The notes beneath the pieces are model-generated. The model worked only from the letters and a program-made list of their open reading frames with translations, was not told the DNA's origin and ran no database searches. A stretch of 64,000 bases of DNA. Source: Eledone cirrhosa (Eukaryota). The position numbers and the translations under genes are program-made. The DNA lies in the NCBI GenBank assembly GCA_964016885.1, contig OZ024743.1:273916001-273980000 (forward strand), given 5' to 3'. Shown here one piece after another: positions 1 to 15,087 of this stretch; within the stretch, counting starts at the first letter, position 1; every line of letters starts with the position of its first letter.

Positions 1-282
1 ATGCTTGCATAAAGCTAAGATTATTAAAGGTAACTGCCGGCTTGATAGAGGAAATTTAATTCACTGAATACTGTAAGGGCTTCGGGAGATGCAAAGCTCT
101 ACACTAAACCTTAAATATTTAAATCAACATAACTAACGAAAATGAACTAAGAACAAAATTGTTGAATAGATATCAATAAGATTATCAAGATTGAGACAAA
201 CTACTAATAGTATTTTTTCTACGCAAACATGTTTTAATTTAAGAAATCATGCATTACATATTAGTTTTCATTTCTTTTGCAG

Positions 283-349
283 CCCCCAATATTGATGTTG
301 AATGTTACGGTAGTTCAAGCCCGTGATTTAGAGGCAAAAGATGCTGATG
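283..349 (+). CDS. BAIAP3: Coding exon, start of C2A domain of a BAIAP3/Munc13-4-family protein (PPILMLNVTVVQARDLEAKDAD-G)
   Basis: Acceptor ttttgcAG ending at 282 and GTAAGT donor at 350. 67 nt, ends in phase 1 and joins exon 35836 to give AKDADGYSDPFC, a typical C2 Ca-binding loop. Symbol is family-level; UNC13D-like cannot be excluded. Confidence 0.88.
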
Positions 350-3270
350 GTAAGTAGACAGCTTTGTTTTTGCGAAGTTCTATGCGTGTTTCTTTTGTTA
401 TTTTTTTTTTAATACCAGCTCGTAATTATTTTATTTGGCGTCTTTCGACTCTATATTTTGAAACGGATGCTGAATGCAAATGTTTCACCTTCATTTCACC
501 ACGTCCATGTGAAACATATAAATGTTAATCAGTAAAGGAAACGCCACTATACTTAATGTAGTGAGAAAAATTCATAATACTTATGATGTGATTTGTATAA
601 TAATTACGAGTACTCCACGATCAAAGAGGTTCGACACTTGACGATCCATCCTTGACAATGCATAGTATATCCAGGACTACATTATCTAATGAAGCCTTTA
701 TATTATAACATGCTATGAAATAATTTAATGATAATGTCCCTGCTAATTCTAGCATATCGACTGTCTACAAATAATCTTCCTTTGTCGGTTCATACATTTC
801 CATGTTTATATTATTTATTCCCATATTTGGCATAATCGAGCAGTCTATTTTCAAAAGTGTTCTTGTCATATTATTAATGTCTATGTATGTTTATGACCTT
901 ATATTTTCCAATACAACTTTCCTCTTCTGTGGGGGTAAGGTACGTTTTGAAGGGATTCAGCAGTTATATCTGACAGTTATATGATCGTTATAACAGTTAT
1001 ATGATCGTCCATCTATATCTTTCAGTACATCACGTTGATTATTTATTTACAATTTCCCGAATTATTGAGAATATGTATCAGATCAGAGTTTAACAGTCTT
1101 ACGTCTGTATGTAATGGCATATATTGAAAGGTCTATTCCACAACAAATTCAATAAGCACAAGGTATAACGTGCCTATAACCTTTCACACCAACTCGAAAC
1201 ATCACTATATTTACTTTAACCTTACTTCCAACAGTTTTATTAAAAAAGAACAAGAGTACATGTGTTAACTCGTGGCAAAATAGTTTGTCTTGAATAAAAT
1301 GATGTATCAAACACTGAAAATAATTGTACCAATAAATTAATATGGTGTGAAGCACATGAAGAGATAATTTTGCTACATTTAATTTTTATTTTAATTATTC
1401 ATATATTTATTTATTTGTTGTTTCTATCCGTGTGACGAAATCAGGTCTTGTCACATGACTGACATGAAATTTAGCATGAAAATCTCGTAGTCATAATTAC
1501 CTGAAATTCGAAGAAACCATAATGATATCGCGTAAAGTCTTCGGATTTAATTAATTGTTCTTCCACTATCAGGCATCTTCAACTCTTTCGATTAATTTAC
1601 TGCTACTTATAAAACACACTGTAATGAGCAGAACGAAAATGATGTCTCATTTAATCAAGGTTTTATTTATTTTAGCTCGTTTCATGAAATTCATTACATT
1701 TCGTTTATAGATGTGATATCAGATGAATGTCATATAAACGATATCCACGTAAACAACAGAAGATAATAATCGACATCATTTGATATATATTTAGATTCTA
1801 ATTATTTAGGGAACAATGAAATAATTGACGAATAAATTCGCGGAAGTGTTGAAGTCATTATAGTTTTAACATCTTTGCATGAATATCAAGTATGTGTGTG
1901 CGTGTGTGAATATCAATACACCTGATGTGGGGTTTGTGTACTTTTAGTAATTGCGACGTACGATGTACTTATAGCGTTTTATTGTAACATAAAACGCAGG
2001 AAGTACATCCATATTACACAGATTAAGAATCACAAACTACATTCAAAATAAATCCTATAAATCAAATGCATACTAACTGTGAAATAGATGAACACTTTGT
2101 CAAAAACGTCTTCAGACAAAATTAAAATTACTTTACACGACCCATACAGCAACGCCAATAATGTATTATAAAAGCTCAAATATTAAGAAAAACACCTTCT
2201 GATCAGTAACAAACCACGATATGATATATAAATATAATTGCAAAGATGAAAATTGTGAATTTCCCTTCATATATTATGCTGACAATCGAAGTACGATATT
2301 GTACCGCCGGCTGCCGATGCACATACAAGGAGGATTTGCAATGCATTGCATCTGACATCACTAAACAAACCAGATGTGAAATCGTTAATGGAAGTCATTA
2401 CTTGCGTGTGGGATATACTAAGTGTATAGTTTCAATCACCTGCTTAGAGTTGTGTAATAGATCCGGAGTGACACCTGTGTGCTGACAGCTGACATATAAT
2501 TGGTGAAGTGTCCGCCGGAGTATTATGTGGTTGAATTTAAGATAATCTCGTTGAGGCAGTGGTTTGATGGCCTGATAATGTATAGGTAATTATCGTCCGT
2601 AGAGGTTAGGTGTAGAGGTAAGAAAGTGATCGATATAGTTTCAGGCGGGCTATCTGGGCTTCGATCAGGAATGCATGTGTGGGATGAAATAAATTGATTC
2701 AATGAGTTGAGAATCGCGTAAGATTAGGCTTCACCACTGGAGGCATCGACGTACAATATATATCTACAATTTTAGATGCACGGAAAATTACATAATGCAG
2801 TTAGAAAAGTCGTTTTATATCCCACAGTAGATAGTAAATCGATATTCTTTCCCCGATGAAAATCTAAGCAGGGTAGAAAATAATCAGATGATCTCTAATC
2901 ATTTCAATCCATAGTGGGATAAAATTTGGAATATTACCAATTTGTTTATATTTCAGAGCTATCCTAATGAGTCATATATGTATTAAAGGCTGCTTTACAT
3001 TTCAAATATAATATAATATAATAAGAAGGACCGGCCGTCGAAGAAACAACCACACGCATTCGACCAGCCCCCTGTATCACGAAAAGAAAATCTTTTTCGG
3101 GGAAATTGTTGGATTTTTCCAAATTTAAAGGTTTCTTCGGAACTTTTAATGTTTATTTTAGGTTTTGACGTCTGAAGAGCTCAGGCTATCATAACTGATA
3201 GTGCTCAGTTAAATATGTATAACGGAATTTAAAATAAACCCGAATCAACTGAATATGGCCTGCGATCTTT

Positions 3271-3332
<62 letters not shown>

Positions 3333-5510
3333 GGTTTATATATTTGCATGTGTTAGGGTGAATAAAACGAAAGTTTGCGGTAGCACTAATATAGCATGAT
3401 TCCTGGGAAGAGTGGATTTTAAAGCAAATGAGATATGTTTATGTATAATAAACATGCAAATGTTTCGCTATGAATCTCTTAAGCTGTGCCCATGCCACAG
3501 TTATCCCGGTATCTGTATAAACGTGTCAGAGACGTGCTTCTGGATTGTTTTATCTGTCACCAATGAGGCGTAAAAAATCTAGAAAAATGTGTCCGATATT
3601 ATCATACGGCCATGAAGATAGTTGTGACATTATCATATCTTAAAATATTCATAGGGAAACTCTTGCATGTTTATTATACATGAACATATCATATATGCCT
3701 ACATATACACCCCTATCATAAGGAATATTACACTTTATATCAAAGGTTAAAAAAATAGAAACATAAATACGTACATCATTCATAATATTATTTACGAGAA
3801 TTTTACAGCCTAAACCGCTGTAACTATAATTTCCTGGTAGGAAATAAATAAATGCGTATAAAATAACATTTCCAAAAGCGGATGTGCGTGATTTTCAATT
3901 TATTTTCTACAAAAGGTGTTAAAAGTTATTTTCCTAATTGTTGCGTGTTACAGCTTCATGATGTTTTTCACCCTTTCTTATTTCCATGTGTACAAACAGT
4001 GTGTATATGTGCGTGTAAATACGTGCCCGTGTATGTATGTATGTATATAAGTGAGTATATATGTTTTTGTGTGTATAAAATAGCATAATGGGTGTTGACT
4101 CTTGATCAACGATCCAGATAACATTTTAGCCTGAAGTATGTATTAAATAAATATGCAAAATAAAAGTATAGTAGTAACCTTGTTTTTTTTTTTTAAAAGA
4201 AGCTAATATTAATTTTACATTAGGTCTTTCAAAACAGAAAGTGTCATATAACATGAATCGCTAGTATTATACTTCCTTATTCCGGAACTGTTAAAGTTGA
4301 TATTGTTAGAATATTTCTCACCCATTTCTTATTAATAATTTATTATGAAGAGTGGAATACATATATCCATATAACATTGGAGAGGAAAACGGCCCCGTGC
4401 ATTGTTACTAGACAATAAGTTGAGGGATGATATGTTTAAACATGATCCAGTTATTTCATTGTGTGTTTTATAGAATAAGCGAAGGACAAAGGCCAACCCA
4501 AAGGTATTATGCATATGTTCCTCGACAGTCCGTATTTAAATAATACAGAGCCCTTTTTCGTGGTTTGCTAGATTTATATAGAATTATGATGTTGATATTA
4601 TTTATACTATTAAATTTGTGTTTAACATAATCTTCAGCATACTACTGTTAAATATATACAGCATTCGGCTTATTCAGCTATTCCATTAAGGTTTCGCTAC
4701 AATTGTAAAGAACAACTAGCACAATGGTGCAGCTGCCTCTTTTACATTATTTCAGAGTGAACATGTTGGATGGACACCCTCTCTCAGTCCTTACTGCATG
4801 CAGCATCTAAGCATCTGTGCCTCAATCAACAGTCCCTTAGTCTACTACTAAAATGTGGGACAGTTCCAAGACAGCTTTATTTTCTACGTATATCATCTGA
4901 CCGCCTTTCGAGACAGGTCATATGTGCATGCAATAGATGAGCGTAGACGACCAAAAAACTATAAGCAGCCAAGTATCAAGATTGCTATTAATACCTCTGG
5001 TGATGATCATAGCATTTCTCATCCCATTCTACTGTGAATACAGTCTGTGTAGTTCCTGCAAATCTCGCTTTTCCCCTCACCAGTCAACAATTTTCTAACA
5101 AACAGAACGTCTATAATCCTAAGCAAAAGACTGGCTGCACAAATTACTGGAATAACATCATATACAATTCTATAAATAATGTTATATTCTTCTTCACTGA
5201 TGTGTTCTCTTTTATTTACACACATACATACATAACTAAATACATACTTTCACAAACATATAATGATGTGTATTTGTATTTGAAATAAAATTAAGAGAAT
5301 ACAAAAATACACCAAGCAAGCTCTAAAATAAATACAACATTATTGTTGTAGCAAAACTATTCATGTTTGCTAAAAGGTGTTAGATTTTATGTTTCTCTAG
5401 TAATCTATGGTATTATTACCATGGAGACCATGATATTATCATTGTCACAACGTCCATTTCCTTTAACGTTATTATCACTATTGTCTACATAGAAACGCAC
5501 AATGAGACAC

Positions 5511-6868
<1,358 letters not shown>

Positions 6869-7149
6869 TTCCAAAGTAAACCAATCTTTATGAGAGTGAT
6901 GGAGATAGGTGAGGATAAGAGAGATTGGTGAAGGTGTTAAAAGCGAAAAGCGTAGAGGCATGTGCTCGATGTGCAATATGCAGTGGAAAGCAGCTAGAAG
7001 GACTGGGTTCATGCACAGATTAGGTGCACAGAGCTGGAAATATTCATTAGTTAAGCAAAACAAGACCACAAGATTCACAAGGAAGACGTTAGTTAAAGAG
7101 TGTCAAAATAGTTGCAGTTTAATGTAAGGAATAATAATAATAATAATAA

Positions 7150-7338
7150 TTGTTTCTTCTTTTGGCACAAGGCCAGCAATTATCCTAGTGTATTACTGGT
7201 ACTTTATTTTATCGACCCCGTAAGGATGAGAGGCAAAGTAAACCTCGGCGGGATTTGAACTCAGAATGGCAAGGACCATAACTCTATGCGTCAAAGCATG
7301 GCGTCCGACCCTCTTCTCGATACTGCCAATCCACTGCC
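7150..7338 (-). mobile_element. tRNA-derived SINE, family 1
   Basis: Shares TTTTATCGACCCCGTAAGGATGA..GGCAAAGT..CCTCGGCGGGATTTGAAC with at least five other copies; B-box GTTCAAATCC on minus; (AAT)n tail. Confidence 0.85.
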
Positions 7339-7669
7339 AATCCAATAACAATGTCCGTTTACAATTGTTTCGCTACTCCATATAATGTTTCTGGATCAAT
7401 TGATTATAGATCATTATTGATCTGGTTCAGATGAAGATAAGTAACTTAGGTTAATATTATGGAGCAGCTCTTCAGAACTTCAATTGAGATAATGAAAATA
7501 TTGATAAAGATAAGATGGAATATGGAATATAAAGTAAAATAAAGTCAGATGGTTACATGAATGTAATGTTCCATATATTGGTATTTCACGAAAGGGGTCC
7601 TGGATGTGTATATTGTCTGCTATAAGCAAGCATTACGCTTCTGTCGAGGCTGTATTAAGCATAGGCAGA

Positions 7670-8705
7670 TCTCGCTTAATTAATATGTGAGTTTGTGTGT
7701 GTACGTGCGTGTGGCGTTTAACTTACGCCATTTTTTTCAGTGACAACATATTCACTAACTTACACTCATTCCAACTGCTGCTCTTACTGTTACCCCTCTC
7801 CCTATCCATACCCCGGTTAAAACGGTACTCATGGGTTAGAAATTACATAGTCAACCGTTCGGAAATCACTGACGAGTTTACTCCTCACTCTACCAGTGAG
7901 TTTCAGTGTACTTCGTCCTGCTTTTAGGTCATGCCTCGAAGGAAGAGATACTCCATTGGGCGAAAAATTGCGAGAGCAGCAACAACAGGAACAGGGCTGG
8001 CAAACGAATCGTCAATGGAATCTGCTATTCGACGGTCGCAAGATGCTAAACGTGCTGCCACCAGAAGAGCACTTGAAACAGAAAAACCAACAAACCATTC
8101 GCCGAACCGCTAATGCCGCATCAACTTCTGTTGCACGAGCTGCCGAGACGGAAGACCAGTGTAAAAGACGTCGGAGTACGGATGCTGCGAATACTGCTGC
8201 TGCTTGAGCTACACAGACCTCGCAAGAGCGAATCATTCGACTACAATGTAATGCTCAACGAAGGGCCTTTGGGCAAGTTATTTCAAGGCCCTGTTGCTCA
8301 CGATGGTCATTAAAAGCATTCGAGTACAACCCGGACTTTGATTACAATCGCCATCCAGACATTCGAATTGGGAGTATGTCAAAGACGTGCTCTTTCTGCA
8401 ATGCAAAAAAGTGGCCCGGTGAAACACCTGGCTTGTATAGCGCAAATGGAAAAGTAAAATTACGTCCCCTGGAGGATCCACCACAACCGTTGAGGCTCCT
8501 ATATTCAGGTAGTACTGCGGCATTTCCTGACTTACATCCGGAGGTATGTGCTTTCCAAATGACATGTTTCTGGGCGAACATTGTCAAGGAAGGCGGATGT
8601 ATGCACACATTTAAGGTGCAAAGTCAGGTATACCATAGAATCGGATCCCTCCAACCTACCGCCAATCACGAACCTCAATTTCTTCAGCTCTACTTTGTTG
8701 GAAAT
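7670..8705 (+). mobile_element. Helitron 5' fragment (degraded N-terminal RepHel region)
   Basis: MPRRKR start at 7931, Arg/Ala/Glu-rich linker, then AFEYNPDFDY..IGSMSKTCSFCNAKKWPGETPG..NGKVKL and AFQMT..FKVQSQVYHRIGSL.P...PQFLQLYF, motifs typical of animal Helitron RepHel N-termini. Frameshifts and stops present. The 5' TC at 7670 is tentative. Confidence 0.8.
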
Positions 8706-11305
8706 GTTACCAACGACATCATGGTGCACTCGGACACAATTGGAAACCTCTACTTCGTTAACCCTGACAGATACCACACACTGATCAGAAGCAGCCTAAA
8801 CTCCACTTATAAAAAGGCTAACCATTCAATTATCGAGGACATAAATCGAGATGGACAACAAATTACCTCCAGCCTCGGGGTCGCCGACCGCACTGAACCC
8901 CTAGACCCACGGACTCCTTACTTCACACTGAAGGACCACAAATCCGAATTCGACTGCAAACCATCCATTAGGCTTATAAACCCAACGAAGTCAGACATAG
9001 GGAGAATCAGTAAAAAGATCCTAGACCGAGTTATACCAAAATTTAAGCAAAACTTAGCCTATGGTTCAGCACCCAGGAAGTAATCTCATGGTTCAGGAAT
9101 ATGGAGGACAAACGAGACACAAAATTCATCCAGTTTGACATAGAGAGTCTCTATGCATCTATTACCTTACCGCTCCTTACGACCGCCTTGGACTTTGCCG
9201 AAACACTCACACCCATCATTGACCAGGAAAGAAATATCATTCTCCACGCCAGGAAAACAGTCCTACTTTTCGACAAGTCCAAGTAGAAAAAGAGAGCTCC
9301 TGACTCCCCCTTTCACGTCAGTATGGGCGCGACGGATTCGGCCGAGGTGACAGTTCTTATATGATTATTCCTACTATTTAAACTCACCGAAATATTTCCT
9401 GCTTTCGGCGGTGGATTGTACCGGATGATGGGCTCCTCACCCTCAAAGGGTAAAAGCCCAGTAGTACAGACCGCGTCCGTAAACAACTAATCAACTTCTA
9501 CCGGGACTGGGGATTTAAAATCACCCTACAAACGTCCCTAACCCGAGTCAATTTCCTGGACGTTACCCTTAACCTCGAAAATGATCTATACTACTCATAC
9601 AGAAAACCAAACGACAACCTGCACTACATCCACCGCGGCTCTAACCATCCTATAAATATCACCAATAACCTGGTTAAAAACATCTCCCTCCGCATATCTC
9701 GTTTGTCCGCTAATGAGCAGATATTCGACGAACACGCGCCTCATTACAACCAGGCCCTCAAGCGGAGTGGCTTCCGGGAGGATATATCCTTTTATCCAGC
9801 TTCCCTTAGCGGAACCAGCAGGCGACACCGCCGCTCACGCAACATAACGTGGTTCAATCCTCCCCATAATGCCGAGGTGGCAACACCTATCGGGAAAATC
9901 TTCTTTAGACTCCTCGAAAAACACTTCCCACTACAACACCGCTACCACAACATAATCAACAAAAACACCATCAAACACTCCGACAGCACCACACCTAACT
10001 TAGCACAAAACATCGTCTCCTCAAACAACAAAAATCTCAAACCCTATGGAAGAAATAACCTAGACATCAGTGGAGAACTGTCCAGGAGATGTAACTGCCC
10101 TGATAGATCTACGTGCCCCCTCAACAACAAATGCCGAGAAAGTAACGTGATCTACCACTGCAACAAGCTTATATAGGATTAACCGCGTGTGACTTCAAGA
10201 CCCGGCTCTACGAACACCGAAACACTTTCCGAAACCCGGTCCGGCGACATGCCACTACACTTTCGGGCCACATCTGGGACCTCTAAGAGAATAATATAAC
10301 CTACAATCTCACTTGGAGCTTACTGTCCAGAGCTAACTCGTACACGGGAGGACGCCGTCCGTGTAACTTATGCTCGGAGGAAACATTACAAATGTTGTTT
10401 TCGAAGGACCAACTCCTAAACAAGAAAGACGAACTGGTAACCGAATGCAAACACAGATTGCGTGGGACTTACCTCGCCCTCAAACCCCATAATGACCCGG
10501 CTGGGTAGACAAGGGCTGATACCCCCTCCCACTTGCCGAATAAGTTAGGGGAAACCCCAGCTTACATAGGTAGATGTATCTCTTTTCTTTTCTTTTCCTC
10601 ATGGTCTTCTTCTTCCCCTGTCTCATCCTATCACTTCCTTCCACCCCCTATTTTCTTCCTCGTCTGCTTTTCCCCTTTCGCCTACCCCGATGCAGCACAT
10701 CAGGCCTCTGTAGCATCAGTTCCACCACCCCTGTAATTTTAAGATAGAATTGGCCGAATACGTTTTACTAACTACTTATAGCAGACGTGTTAAACCCCTT
10801 TTATTTTTGTATCAGTTTTGGTACTACTCATTTTCTACAAGTTTGTTCTATTCTCAACTTATTAATCTGTAATTGTAAGATAGCATTGTGATTTTTTTTT
10901 ATTCATTTCTCACTTTCTAATTTTATATATTTTTTTATTTATTTCTTTATCTTTTATTGTCTCCTACTCTCATTCGATTTACCTATTTTATAACCTCCCT
11001 CCTCCACTTCATACACTAGCGTTAGTATCTGCTGTATACATATCACTTTCAACGCTTGACCGCTCCACTCTCTCCCGTATTGTTCTACAGGCAAGTTCAG
11101 CCACCCCTACCTCCCACCAAATGCCATGATAGACTTAATTGTGTTTACAACAAATTTTAACCAATCCACTTGACAACTACAATCTTCCCATATAAGGAAA
11201 TACCCCCTTGACAAGTTCGGCTATTTCTTCACCAGGCTAAACATTCTAATTTAGTCCAGAAATAGCCGTCGAAACGGCTTGAGCTCTGCCGTCAGGGTCA
11301 TACTT
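8706..11305 (+). mobile_element. 5'-truncated Penelope-like retroelement (Naiad-type): RT, GIY-YIG endonuclease, 3'UTR with HHR
   Basis: TLKDHK..P.IRLINPTKSDIGRISK, FIQFDIESLY, SMGATDSAEV, frameshifted LYR/DDGL, VNFLDVTLNL, YRKPND..YIH..SNHP, ITWFNPP, CNC..CPL..C, VIY..YIG, HIWDL, CNLC..E, LLN..E...CKH, stop near 10508. Several stops and frameshifts; ends in (TA)n. Confidence 0.9.
11202..11298 (+). ncRNA. Type I hammerhead ribozyme, U3-A8 core variant with long stem II
   Basis: ACCCCC-TTGACAA(11208-11214)-G..CGGCTATTTC/GAAATAGCCG..C-GAAA(11271)-CGGC/GCCG-TC(11293)-AGGGT, at the 3' end of a Penelope-like element. Confidence 0.72.
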
Positions 11306-11649
11306 TTTCATATATATATATATACACATATATATATATACATATATATATATATAACTCAAGGATGGATGTGGATATATTCATGTATATGTGTGTGTCC
11401 GCATGTATCTGTGGGTTTCTCAATATATTATTATATATATATATATATATATATTAGGTATAGGATTATCCTGGATGCAGTAATGGTTAATTACTACACT
11501 GGATAGAGTTGACGTACGGTGAGGGATTACTCAACGAGTTATGGAAGAATAGTTGAAGAAACTCAGTTCCTGATCCTTCTGTATTCCGGAGTGTAGATAA
11601 AGAATGAATAATAATAGGGATACATCATAAAAAGGTAATTTATTCTGTA

Positions 11650-11761
11650 TGCTTACAAATGTTTCCACGGTGGTTATACATCCTAGTTATGCTATGTTCA
11701 AATTTATAATTATTTGCAAAACTCAATTATCAAATGCTGTGACCACTGTATCCTCAGAACA
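11650..11761 (-). ncRNA. Type I hammerhead ribozyme with canonical core
   Basis: Minus strand: TGTT-CTGAGGA-TACAGTGGT..ACCACCGTG-GAAA-CATTTG-TA-AGCA. Stems I, II and a short stem III can pair; GUA cleavage triplet. Confidence 0.65.
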
Positions 11762-12061
11762 GAATATTTAAAATGTAAAATGTAAATACACTTAAGGGAA
11801 GTTATTGGGGAAGATAGAGTAGAAAAGGAAGAGAGAAAGAAAGGGAGAGAGAGAGAGTGATATGCAGGGGTGGGAGAAATGGGAGAGAGTGGTTTGTAGA
11901 ATACAGATATCTTAATCAAAATGTTGTGGTAGGGGTTTTATTATACTGGTTACTCTAAAAGCGACAACCTTAAGCGATGCGTTGATAGTTAAGGTTGGGC
12001 TTATTTATTGCCACAGAGGGCAGGTTCATAGATGTGGAGAGGGAGGGAGGTGAACCGAGGG

Positions 12062-12168
<107 letters not shown>

Positions 12169-12220
12169 CATATATATATGTATATATATATATATATATA
12201 CATATATATATGTATATATA

Positions 12221-12936
12221 TATAATAGAATAATCGAGTATCGGAAAATCAGCTCACGAATTTACGATAAACAAAATCCGACATGAGTGGCAGAGGGCTC
12301 AATAATTCAGATGAATCAGAGCTATAACTATCGTTAAGATACCAACACACAAAGATTATGCCTAAAATCACCCGTGCAGCCGAAAAATAACGACCAGGAA
12401 GATTCGGGTCACTCAGATAAAATATCAATAAATCAATAAATTATATGAATGTAAAAAACTTACCCGGACCCACTAGAAAGGTGGTAAATCTAGCTTCTTG
12501 GGTTTCTGCTATTCCTTAATCCGCCCCCTATCAGCCCACATAAAAATATATAAGACTTCTAGGGAGAGGAGGGACCGGAACAACTTTATCAACGGGCCAT
12601 GTCCGGCGAATGAAGAAATTAACTATAGCTAGACGCACATGGAGTCCAGCAAGGGAGATAACCTCTATATTCGCGAAAGATAATCGGTAATGTGGAATAC
12701 ACATATCGAATAAGAGTGCTCAATAGACATGTTAAAATAAACAGGAGCTATTCATCATTCAATAGAATCGACAAAAAATAAACAATAAAATTAACTGGTC
12801 AATAGCTATGTCTAGAGCTAAATATAATAGAATAATCGAGTATCGGAAAATCACCTCACGAATTTACGATAAACAAAATCCGACATGAGTGGCAGAGGGC
12901 TCAATAATTCAGAAAAATCATAGCTATAACTATCGT
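12221..12936. repeat. ~715-bp insert bounded by ~113-bp direct repeats (12221-12334 and 12823-12936)
   Basis: ATAATAGAATAATCGAGTATCGGAAAATC..GCTATAACTATCGT occurs twice, nearly identical. Confidence 0.8.
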
Positions 12937-12948
12937 ATATATATATAT

Positions 12949-12999
<51 letters not shown>

Positions 13000-13640
13000 G
13001 AATGGAGAGAGAGGAAGAGATAGAGAGGGGACAGACGAAAGCTATGGGATGGGTGTATATTGAGTTCATAGTTGTAGGCTACAAATTGCATTTAAGTATC
13101 CATTTATAGAGATAAGCAGTCTTGTAGTGTGGGGGATATAGTTAAGAAGTTGTTATTGAGAGAAAGTAGTTAGCGAGAAAGCAATGTTATAGTTACGGGT
13201 TCGAATGTAAAGTTATTTTATAGTGAGAGAATTTAGCCTTCAGTTTGTGGTTGCAGCATAATGATCGTTCGATTCCGTCATTTAGTAATTTATTTTTGGA
13301 TTTTAAGATGTAAAAGAGTTCAAGGTGACATAACCTACAGTACTTCAATCCACTCCGATATGCACTAGCGCTGGAAAGTATATCCCATTTCAAGGTAAAC
13401 TGTTGGTTGCGTTCACGGAGTTGCCAGGTCTTGTTGGCGAGCGTGGTCACAAATCGGGAATTAGGATGTTTAATTGAGAATCGATGACGATACCAGCGAG
13501 ATTTAAAAGAGGTTGTGGTAGACCCGATGTAATACCATTTCTGGTCGTTCGATTCAACAGTGCATTTGTAAGCACACAGAATAAATTACCTTTTTATGAT
13601 GTCTACCTGTTATTATTCATTCTTTATATATATATATATA

Positions 13641-13860
13641 TGAAGGTGTGTGCCTGAGTGGTTAGAGAATTGGATTCACAATCTTGAGTTTGTGAGTTCG
13701 ATTCTTGGACCGGGCGATGCGTTATGTCCTTGAGCAAGACACTTTATTTAACGTTGCTCCTTCTACCTGGAGTTGCGACCGATAGATAATACTAGCAAGT
13801 AGATAGACCGACGAATAAATTGTTTCCTCGGTCCGATTTGACGAACGTAGATCGATCCCC
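13641..13860 (+). mobile_element. tRNA-derived SINE, family 2
   Basis: A-box-like TGCCTGAGTGG, B-box GAGTTCGATTC, body GTCCTTGAGCAAGACACTT; second copy at 44454; ends in (TA)n. Confidence 0.8.
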
Positions 13861-13861
13861 T

Positions 13862-13925
<64 letters not shown>

Positions 13926-13927
13926 TA

Positions 13928-13958
<31 letters not shown>

Positions 13959-15033
13959 GCATAGATGTATATATATATATATATGCATAGATGTATATAA
14001 ATATATGTATATATGTATATATATAAATATATATATGTGTGTGTGTCTGTGTGTGTATGTATGAATGCATGTAAGTATAAGTGTGTGCGTGTGTAAGTGT
14101 GAAACAAAGTCTAACTTGTATAACATTTTGTTGTTCTTTGTTGAAGACAATGGAATGTTTTAAGTAAGATTTGACTATCATTTTTAACAAAACAATCGAC
14201 AAAGTAAACGTTATCTCATTGCCGTTTATCATCTGGTAATGGAGATCAATTCATTTTATTCTCTCAGAGTTGCTGTGAGATAGAGCCTTGCTATAGTATT
14301 CAGTCAAAACAAGTTACTTAGTTTGAGCGATTTGACCGTTTTTAACGTTTTGAGCCATTTGAGCGTCGGTTTCGGCGATGTGGCTTTCATTAGTTGCTTT
14401 CCCAGAATAGTCTACATGTCTACTCTATTATATTAAGTCATTTTCATCGAGAATTTCAATATATGGAAACGTTATTTTTGAATTACAAGCATGATTAAAT
14501 CAAACCACTAGTTTCCCAAACAGTTTCCGACTACGCAACGTCACTCACAATGTTTGGCTCTATACGGAGCTACATGACAAAATGCGTTTCCAAAATGCCA
14601 TTGAATCGGATCGAACATTGAACATCATGATTGTGAAGCGGCGTTCTTTGCCTTTCGGTCAGCTTACGTCATTTTACCCTATATACTAAACTATATTAAT
14701 AATATCTTGTTAAAATACAGCATGGAATATATATATTGTTCAAACCTATGGCGAAATAAATGTATTGAAGTCGAAAATAATGCACAAGACTCTTCATATC
14801 TTGTTGAACAGCGTAACAAATCTAATAGACTCTATTCAAAGATGCACATGTAAAAGTTACTTAGAAGAAGAAAGGATAGAATCTCATGTATAAAGAACAA
14901 CACCTGAAGGACAACACCTGTCGGTAAATACTCAGGAGGAAATTATTCTTATATATATATATATACTTGTTTGTTTGTATTTATATAAAAATATATTGTT
15001 TGTTTGTATTTATATATATATATATTGTTTGTT

Positions 15034-15087
<54 letters not shown>

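Noticed and set aside
10081-10508. Selenocysteine codons in the large Penelope-like copy
   Set aside because: All conserved Cys codons checked are TGT or TGC.
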